DNA of 64,000 bases, taken from assembly GCA_044892525.1 (NCBI GenBank), contig CM097885.1, positions 18,416,001 to 18,480,000 on the forward strand, read 5' to 3'. The position numbers and the translations under genes are program-made. Source of the stretch: Schmidtea polychroa. Its lineage: Eukaryota. This document shows, one piece after another, positions 57,304 to 64,000 of the stretch; the first letter of the stretch is position 1; each line of letters opens with the position of its first letter. The notes beneath the pieces are model-generated. The model saw only the letters and a list, made by a program, of their open reading frames with translations, was not told the origin of the DNA and made no database searches.

Positions 57304-57376
57304 GACCAAAATCGAAAATTGAACCCGGTACTCCCGGTGATAAAATTGAAGCCTATTCCCACTCCGCTATAATGGC
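57304..57376 (-). ncRNA. tRNA-like Pol III unit 3
   Basis: GCCATTA TAGCGGAGTGG...CCGGG TTCAATT TTCGA TTTTGGTC, then T7. Partial acceptor and T stems; anticodon arm unpaired. Confidence 0.6.
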
Positions 57377-57432
57377 TTACATAATATATTTAATTAATCC
57401 TATTTTGTGTGTGTAAATTTTAATATATAAAA

Positions 57433-58719
57433 ATGAATAATATAAAAATTCAAGAAAAAAATAAATTAAATCTTGATTATAATAAAGAATTTACTCATGA
57501 AATCAAGAAAAACGATGTACTTAAAATCTCCCCAACTTCAGGATCTATTGCAAACTTAAATCGTAGGGGTGATATAGTTTTTCAATCTCTTCAAACATCA
57601 AACCCTATAGATATTTGTAATGCCAAATTATATTATAAAATTGAATTAGAAATTGAAGCAAACAAAGATATAACCCTAGAGAATAATTTCTTTCCAAATT
57701 TATTCTCCAACATGAGATTAAAACTAGGATCATCAGAAATTGAAACTGTTTTGCATCCGGGAGTATATTCTACAATGTTAAATTTTATTTTGACAGGTTG
57801 TGATTATAAAAATGAATATGGTGAATTAACAGGTTGGATTCCTGATGTTAATAAAGGAGATTTAGATAAAGATGGTTTAGATATAAATTATGGTTATTAT
57901 AAAAGAGCTGAACTTTATAAATCTAAAAAATTTGAAGGTTATTTTGAATTAAAACACTTGTTTGGATTCCTTCAAAACTATAACCGTGTACTTCATAATG
58001 TTTTTATAGAATTCATCTGTAATAGACTAGAAGGTGATAAAAGATTGTTCTATGGAGCTGCAGACACAACAGCTAAATTAAAAATATCAACACTTGAATT
58101 GCATATACCTGAATGGACATTAAATCCACATTCTGAAATCAAACTCCTTGAAAGATTAAATTCCAACAAGTCTATAAATGTAAATTATTTAAATAGAATC
58201 TGTAGTGAATTTAGTATGACAGAGGGTTCAACATATTCTATAAAGGTAGCAAATTTAGCATACCGACCAAGATATATCTTGATTGGATTCAAAGAAACAG
58301 ATTCATCTTTCCAAAAAAATAACAATCTATTTATTCAAAAGATTGGAGATGATAATTTAAAAACAATCCAAATTCAATTAAATAGTTCTTATTATCCAAT
58401 AAATAGAATGGAATTTAATATTGAAAATAATGAAAACATATTCCCATATCTAAATTATATTGAAACATGTTATGATTTCAAAGTTGAACCGCAATTAAGT
58501 TTAGAAGATTTCAAAAATTTATATTCTATATTTTGTATAAATGTTTCAGACCAAGATGATCGCCTAGCCATAAATAATGTTGATGTTACACTTCATGTAA
58601 CAAAGGATTCTAATTTCAAAGCTAAAGTATATACATTAATATTAGAAGAAAAGAAAATAGAAATGAAATTATATGGTGGAAAGATTTCAATAATCGAAAA
58701 TGTTAGAGGAGATTCTTGA
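57433..58719 (+). CDS. Polinton major capsid protein (double jelly-roll, PY)
   Basis: 428-aa intact ORF with NNFFPNLFS..RLKLGS.EIE, LKHLFGF.QNY.RV, RPRYILIGF, IQIQLNS..YP, FKNLYSIFCINVS. Context supports the call. Confidence 0.85.
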   Translation: MNNIKIQEKNKLNLDYNKEFTHEIKKNDVLKISPTSGSIANLNRRGDIVFQSLQTSNPIDICNAKLYYKIELEIEANKDITLENNFFPNLFSNMRLKLGSSEIETVLHPGVYSTMLNFILTGCDYKNEYGELTGWIPDVNKGDLDKDGLDINYGYYKRAELYKSKKFEGYFELKHLFGFLQNYNRVLHNVFIEFICNRLEGDKRLFYGAADTTAKLKISTLELHIPEWTLNPHSEIKLLERLNSNKSINVNYLNRICSEFSMTEGSTYSIKVANLAYRPRYILIGFKETDSSFQKNNNLFIQKIGDDNLKTIQIQLNSSYYPINRMEFNIENNENIFPYLNYIETCYDFKVEPQLSLEDFKNLYSIFCINVSDQDDRLAINNVDVTLHVTKDSNFKAKVYTLILEEKKIEMKLYGGKISIIENVRGDS

Positions 58720-58748
58720 TATAATCCCTGATATTTTAACATTTTAAA

Positions 58749-59732
58749 ATGTCTCTAAATAAATATTGGAGATGTGAAAGTTGTAATTGTCAAGTTACAA
58801 GACATCATAAAGCAAGTCATTTAAAAACTAAAAAACATACAGGAGGTGATCTAATTCCACGAGCTGGAGGTGATTTGCAATCTTCAAAAACAACATCTTC
58901 AATATTAAAACCTTTTACTACAGAAAAATATCCAGGTGAAAGACATTTATTTAAACACAATTATACTGGGCCAGGAACAAGATTAGATATTAGATTAGAT
59001 GAAAATAATAATCCCAAACAAGGAGAAGAACCAATAAATAGAATCGACCAAGCAGCTTTAAAACATGATATTGCTTACAATTCAGAAGATCTTAGAGATA
59101 GACATGTTGCAGATGTTAATTTAATACATGATTTAAATAATATACAAAATCCATCAACCCAAGAAAATATTCAAAGAGCTCTAGTTAAATTAGCAATGAA
59201 AGGTAAGATTTTCATAGGCTTAGGACACAGTCCGATCGCCATGGGTGCAAGACTTCCTAGGAAAGCAAAAGAGGGTATTAAATTATATTCAACAGAAAAC
59301 GAAGGAAAAGCAGTCGTAGTTGAAAGATTAAATAGAACATTAAAAAATAAAATGTGGAAATATTTTACTGCTATTGGAAAACAAAAATGGAACAATGAAT
59401 TGTTACAAAAGATTGTAAATGAATATAATAATGATGTACATAGTTCTATAAAATCAACACCTTTAAATGCTTCCTTGAATCCTTTGGAACTCATAAATCC
59501 TGTTGAAAATGATGTTATTGAAAAACCAAAGTTTAAAATTGGTGACCGAGTAAAAATATTTAAATATAAAAATAAATTTGAAAAAGGATTCACAGCAAAA
59601 TGGACAAATGAAATTTTTATTATAAATAAAATACATTATACAACCCCAATAACATATAGCATCATTGATTTAAATAATGAAAAAATATTAGGTAGATTTT
59701 ATAATAATGAGTTACAGAAAACAGATTTTTAA
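58749..59732 (+). CDS. C2H2-like finger + parvovirus-type phospholipase A2 (PLA2X) fused to the C-terminal half of an integrase
   Basis: CESC..H..KKH; HNYTGPGT, PINRIDQAALKHDIAY, RHVAD; then KAVVVERLNRTLK, YNNDVHSSI, FKIGDRV, KGFTAKWTNEIF, GRFYNNELQK. Confidence 0.85.
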   Translation: MSLNKYWRCESCNCQVTRHHKASHLKTKKHTGGDLIPRAGGDLQSSKTTSSILKPFTTEKYPGERHLFKHNYTGPGTRLDIRLDENNNPKQGEEPINRIDQAALKHDIAYNSEDLRDRHVADVNLIHDLNNIQNPSTQENIQRALVKLAMKGKIFIGLGHSPIAMGARLPRKAKEGIKLYSTENEGKAVVVERLNRTLKNKMWKYFTAIGKQKWNNELLQKIVNEYNNDVHSSIKSTPLNASLNPLELINPVENDVIEKPKFKIGDRVKIFKYKNKFEKGFTAKWTNEIFIINKIHYTTPITYSIIDLNNEKILGRFYNNELQKTDF

Positions 59733-59743
59733 GTCGACAAACC

Positions 59744-60554
59744 CTAAAACAAACTTTTCCATATTTCAGCTTCTTCTCTATCCAAATAAATATAATTATA
59801 TTTTTCTTTCCAATGATTATCAACAAACATATCAAACATATTCTTATCAGGTTCAACATTTGAAAATAAATCATTATAAATCATATTCTTATCACGGCGA
59901 TCTAATTTAAAAAATATAAAACAATTAGAATTATTTCTTATTGAATTTTTATCTAAAGCATAATAAGTTTGAGATATATAAATAACATTACAATTATTAT
60001 GTCTTCCTCTTGTAAAGTAACTCTTTTGAATCTCTTGATTTTTCATATTAACAACATCATCAAATATAACTAGATTCTTTTATCTTTAGGAAGTAAATCA
60101 CAATGTAAAACATCTTCAGGTTTATTAGAGAATAAAACTTGAATCCCTCTGCCTGCCCCTCATCTTCACAGATGTAATCATTTTTATTACTAATATCTGA
60201 TTCTAAAATCTTTTCCTTATACCAATCAACCATATCACAAGGTTGAAAAACTTCTTCAGGACATCTATGTTGATTTTTAAAAATATCAATTATAGCTTTT
60301 TTAGTTAATTTATTTTCAAATCCACATTTCAAAAGTTGTAATTCTGGTTGATTTATGGTTGTAGAGTAAAAGATTAAATTATTATAATCTAAAAAACCAT
60401 CTTCAAGCAACATTTTCAAAACAAGTACATTCTTTCCACATCCAGAAGAACCAACAATTAATAATCTAAAATTATCAGGAAATACTTTATTATTAAATTT
60501 AGATTTATGTCTATTTAAAATTGGTTTCCAAATTATTGGACTTCGTACATCCAT
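59744..60554 (-). pseudogene. Polinton packaging ATPase, frameshifted
   Basis: LLIVGSSGCGKN (Walker A), NLVIFDDV (Walker B, different frame at ~60075), YFTRGRHNNCNVIYISQ, IRNNSN. About two frameshifts at 60075-60150. Confidence 0.88.
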
Positions 60555-60569
60555 TTTATTTATTTAAAA

Positions 60570-61193
60570 ATGACCTCGAAGAGTTCCTCTACTGAAGAAT
60601 CTTTGCAAGAATTAATAAATTCAAATAAAAATAAATCAGTAGTAATTGATGGTAAAAAATATTTTATTGGAAAACATGTAAAAGAACAAGTTAGAGCGAA
60701 GCTGAAGGGCTCTTCGACTAAAGAAGGCGGCATTCTTCCATTAGCTGCTTTAATACCTGCAATCATTGCCGGACTATCAGGTGCTGCTGGAATAGCTGGA
60801 GGAATTGCAACTACAGTTCAGAAAGCTAAAGAATCTCAAAAGACAGACCTAGAAAAAGAAAAACTACAAACTGAAATCGATTCAATGAAAAAGAAGGGAG
60901 TGTCCGAAGGTCAAAAGTCCGTTGGTAAAGGTCTCTATCTTAATCCATATCAGAAAGTGTCCGAAGGTCAAAAGTCTCAGGGGAGTTCCTCCGTTGGAAA
61001 GGGTCTCTATCTTGATCCTTATAAAGGCCGCGGTTTAAATGATTTTTTAAAAAATCAAATTTCATCATCTGAATCTTTATCTTCAAAAGATAAAGATGAT
61101 TTAAAAAAAATGTGTAAATCTTTAAAGAATGGATGCCTTTGTAAAACTAAAAATGGTAAAGGATTATATTTAAAACCTTGGAAGGAACCATGA
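60570..61193 (+). CDS. Putative protease-processed virion core/membrane-lytic precursor
   Basis: KEGG|ILPLAALIPAIIAGLSGAAGIAGG helix and three GKGLYLxP(Y/W) repeats, as seen in Polinton structural ORFs. Confidence 0.65.
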   Translation: MTSKSSSTEESLQELINSNKNKSVVIDGKKYFIGKHVKEQVRAKLKGSSTKEGGILPLAALIPAIIAGLSGAAGIAGGIATTVQKAKESQKTDLEKEKLQTEIDSMKKKGVSEGQKSVGKGLYLNPYQKVSEGQKSQGSSSVGKGLYLDPYKGRGLNDFLKNQISSSESLSSKDKDDLKKMCKSLKNGCLCKTKNGKGLYLKPWKEP

Positions 61194-61215
61194 TACCATT
61201 TTTGATACCATTAAA

Positions 61216-62082
61216 ATGGTATATGAAGAAAGATTAGCACTTTTAAAAAAATTACAATCAGAACAAAACAAGTATAATAAAAAAGATACAACTCAACATG
61301 CTGAATCTATAATATTAAATGAGGTAATCCAAAAACAACAAGGACCAACAATTAAAGCTATAAAAGGATTAAATGAGCAAGCAAAATTTAAAGAGTTGGA
61401 AGATAAAAAACAAAAAATAAAAGAATTGGAGTGGGAGAAAGAATCCACTGAAAATCATCCTGAAAGTCATTCTGAAAGAAATCAAAGAAAACGTAGAAGA
61501 ACCTCTAATGTGGAAGAAGAAGAAATGTTTTTAAAAACAAAACCTCTTAAAGTTAATCCTAAAATTAGAGAAGGTTTAAGTGATTCAATTAAACCCACAT
61601 TTCATATTAATTCTGAAGGATATTCAATAATAACAATCAATAAACAAAACTTTACTTTATATACAACTCCAGAAAATAAATCACATATTCATTCACAAAA
61701 TGTTTATAATAATGAATATTTAGACTTTGAATTTACAGATGATTTTTATAGATTACTTAGTGGATATCCTTCAGATGATGTTGAAGAAATTAAAAAATAT
61801 TTAAATTTTATAAGATCAATAAAAGCTAGTTCAAAAGCAAAACACATTCAAGATTTAAAGAAATATTTAGATAGAAATGAAAAGGGTTATGTTGTTAAAG
61901 AAGGTGATGGTATAAGGGTTAAACCAAACCCAATCAACCTTTTTATTGAATTAAGAAAACTATTAGCAGCTAAAAAAGCAGGTCATAATAATTTAGATTA
62001 TGATATTTTAAAGATTTCTAAAGATTTGTTAAAACAAGGAATAATTTCAAAAGATAAATTTAATAAATATACGAAGTTATAA
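61216..62082 (+). CDS. Conserved Polinton protein (C-terminal GxG..PxxL..L..L.A.K.AGHNN motif)
   Basis: 288-aa ORF; the tail EGDGIRVKPNPINLFIELRKLLAAKKAGHNN...LLKQGII resembles a recurrent Polinton ORF end. Has an NLS-like RKRRR. Confidence 0.6.
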   Translation: MVYEERLALLKKLQSEQNKYNKKDTTQHAESIILNEVIQKQQGPTIKAIKGLNEQAKFKELEDKKQKIKELEWEKESTENHPESHSERNQRKRRRTSNVEEEEMFLKTKPLKVNPKIREGLSDSIKPTFHINSEGYSIITINKQNFTLYTTPENKSHIHSQNVYNNEYLDFEFTDDFYRLLSGYPSDDVEEIKKYLNFIRSIKASSKAKHIQDLKKYLDRNEKGYVVKEGDGIRVKPNPINLFIELRKLLAAKKAGHNNLDYDILKISKDLLKQGIISKDKFNKYTKL

Positions 62083-62105
62083 AATACAAAGTTATAAAAT
62101 ATAAA

Positions 62106-62570
62106 ATGACTAATCCTTCAATATTAGATTTTTTAAAAACATTTGGAATAAATGCAAAAACAAATTTTGATTTAAAAGATTATGCAAATTATTTAAATTT
62201 AAAAATAAAAATATTAATGAATGATGAATTATCAAGTCTGAAAGATATTCTGAAAGAAGACACTCAAAAGAAACGAAGTCCCCTGAATATAATAATCAAT
62301 TATCAAAATTCAAATGAAAAAGGATCTCATTGGGTTTGTATATATAATAAATCTATATACTTTGATTCTTTTGGGATTAAACCTACTAAAGAAGTTGAAG
62401 ACTATCTCTCGAGGGGTTCCACTTTTAATTCTTTACAAGTTCAACCTAATAATACTAAAATATGTGGTATTATAAGTTTATATGTTTTGTATAGATTGAA
62501 TAAATCCAAAGGAGAAGGTTTCACTTCCTTAATCCAAGAAATTTATAATGATTTAAAATCTCTATTATGA
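62106..62570 (+). CDS. Adenain-type cysteine protease
   Basis: IIINY..SNEKGSHWVCIY, YFDSFG, VQ....ICG...LYVL. Confidence 0.92.
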   Translation: MTNPSILDFLKTFGINAKTNFDLKDYANYLNLKIKILMNDELSSLKDILKEDTQKKRSPLNIIINYQNSNEKGSHWVCIYNKSIYFDSFGIKPTKEVEDYLSRGSTFNSLQVQPNNTKICGIISLYVLYRLNKSKGEGFTSLIQEIYNDLKSLL

Positions 62571-63327
62571 AAATGGAGCTTCGCAACCTTCCGGAAGATA
62601 ATTTTAAAAAAATGGTAAACATAATGTCAGATAAATATTCAAGAACTTTATCTATAAATTCAAAAGAATCAGACTTTACTATAAACTTTCAAGATTCAAT
62701 AAAATTAGATCAAGATTTAAATTATGAATTAGGTCTATTATGGTTTTGTGCTTATAATACTATTTTTAATATAACTAAAGATAATAACATATTTTATTAT
62801 ATAAGCCCAAAATCTACAGATAAGATTATAATAACAATCGAACCTGGGGCTTATGGGATAAAAGATTTAAATAATATACTTTCTAAAAGAACAAATGGAG
62901 CCATTAAAATTAAAATGGATTTACCAACTTCAAAATGTATAATGACTTTAGAGAATATAGGAATTAGTTTTCAAAATAATAGTTTCTTTAGAACAATTTT
63001 AGGATTTACACAAAACCATTATACCACACCTGAAGTTACATCAGAACATATTATAAAATAATAAATACAAACACAATAAATATTCATTGCGATTGTATAA
63101 CAGGTTCTTATAATAATGGTAAACAAACAAATGTTTTATATTCCTTTCCCTCAAACACAGTTCCTGTGGGATATAAAATAGTTGAAAGAATGAATCCTCC
63201 AAATTATTTACCTTTATGTAGAAAATATATAATGGATATTAATTTTAAAATTCTTAATCAAGAAGGAGAATTGATTGATTTTAATGGAGAAGAGATTTCA
63301 ATGTATTTACATTTGAAACAGGTTTGA
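62567..63327 (+). pseudogene. Minor capsid (penton, single jelly-roll) protein with one frameshift at ~63058
   Basis: YELGL, IFNIT..NN.FY, IEPGAY...L, ILGF; continues in a new frame with INIHCDCITGSYNNGKQTNVLYSF...GYKIVE...YLPL...NQEGELIDFNGEEISMYLHLK*. Confidence 0.85.
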
Positions 63328-63346
63328 CATTTTAAATTATTAATAA

Positions 63347-64000
63347 ATGAGTTCTTATATTCCTTGTAATAGAGGTGGTGGAACAATAAAAACAGGGTTT
63401 AATACAGAAGAAATATTAACTTTAACAGAAAATAAATATATTAATGAAAGAGGTGATTCAATGAAGGGAGATTTAAATTTAAATGGACACAAGATAAAAG
63501 ATTTATCTTTACCAACTGATGAAGGTGATGCTGCTAATAAAAAATATGTAGATGGTGTTAAAAATTATACTGATTTAACAACAACAAGAATTGAAAGTTC
63601 ATTAACAACAAAAATTGATTCAATGGAATCAAAGCTTAATAATATCGAACAACGATTTAATGATAAATTTGACAAGTTACAAAGTCTGTTAACTGAACAA
63701 GTTGTAAAGTTAAATACTAGTATATTAAATTCTAAAGATAAACAAATTATGAATACTAAATTTAATACAATATATAATATAATAAATGAGATGATTACAT
63801 CATTTAATAAAAGACTTTCAAATTTAGAATCTCATACAACACACATTAACACCACACATAGTATTAGAAAAAGAGCTGCTGAATTAGAACAGAATAAAAC
63901 ATTATTACCCCATACATATAAACATTTTATAGAACCAACTTTAATAACAAAAAAAAGTAAAGAATGGAGTGTTTTTATGGTTGTAAAAATTATTGATCCT
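63347..64000 (+). CDS. Fibre-like protein (partial; not in ORF track because it is open at the window edge)
   Basis: 218 open codons: GDSMKGDLNLNGHKIKDLSLPTDEGDAANKKYVD (phage tail-fibre/trimeric adhesin neck-like motif), followed by a long coiled coil. Confidence 0.65.
   Translation, partial: MSSYIPCNRGGGTIKTGFNTEEILTLTENKYINERGDSMKGDLNLNGHKIKDLSLPTDEGDAANKKYVDGVKNYTDLTTTRIESSLTTKIDSMESKLNNIEQRFNDKFDKLQSLLTEQVVKLNTSILNSKDKQIMNTKFNTIYNIINEMITSFNKRLSNLESHTTHINTTHSIRKRAAELEQNKTLLPHTYKHFIEPTLITKKSKEWSVFMVVKIIDP

Larger units (their letters stand above)
51696..64000 (+). mobile_element. Polinton/Maverick C (endogenous adintovirus-like), left part; continues beyond the window
   Basis: Starts AGTAGGTAG exactly where hAT homology stops; C-run then A-run like Polinton A's terminus. 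Repeat-rich arm, then MCP, PLA2/integrase, ATPase, protease and mCP. The right TIR, TSD and pPolB are not in the window. Confidence 0.92.

Noticed and set aside
56576..57376. Annotating the three units as functional decoding tRNAs
   Set aside because: The anticodon stems do not pair and the isotypes cannot be assigned reliably, so they are reported as tRNA-like ncRNA instead.

Overview
Very AT-rich eukaryotic (animal) genomic DNA with ~50-bp spliceosomal introns and long (AAT)n/(TA)n tracts. A planarian-type genome is my inference, not something the sequence proves. Host genes: a complete 9-exon Ena/VASP-like gene (minus, 32291->2364, ~382 aa by my splice model) and the 5' part of a signal-peptide + MANEC/MANSC gene (minus, from 46244). 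The rest is dense in transposons and holds three different Polinton/Maverick-type elements. A is a 7.6-kb gene-less derivative with ~2-kb TIRs and a 6-bp TSD, nested in a MULE inside an Ena intron. B is a 4.8-kb element with short TIRs, carrying an ATPase, an intron-containing integrase, a capsid remnant, a protease and a 4-exon Zn-finger-like gene. C is a large element starting at 51696 and running off the window; it is inserted in a hAT transposase and encodes major and minor capsid proteins, a PLA2-integrase fusion, ATPase, adenain protease and a fibre-like ORF. There are also two Penelope-like retroelements with inverted pLTRs, several hAT/pogo/Harbinger/Helitron remnants and satellites. 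Top observation: Polinton C carries three tRNA-derived Pol III units (A box, B box, oligo-T terminator, disrupted anticodon arms) divergent from the capsid gene, conceptually like adenovirus VA RNAs.
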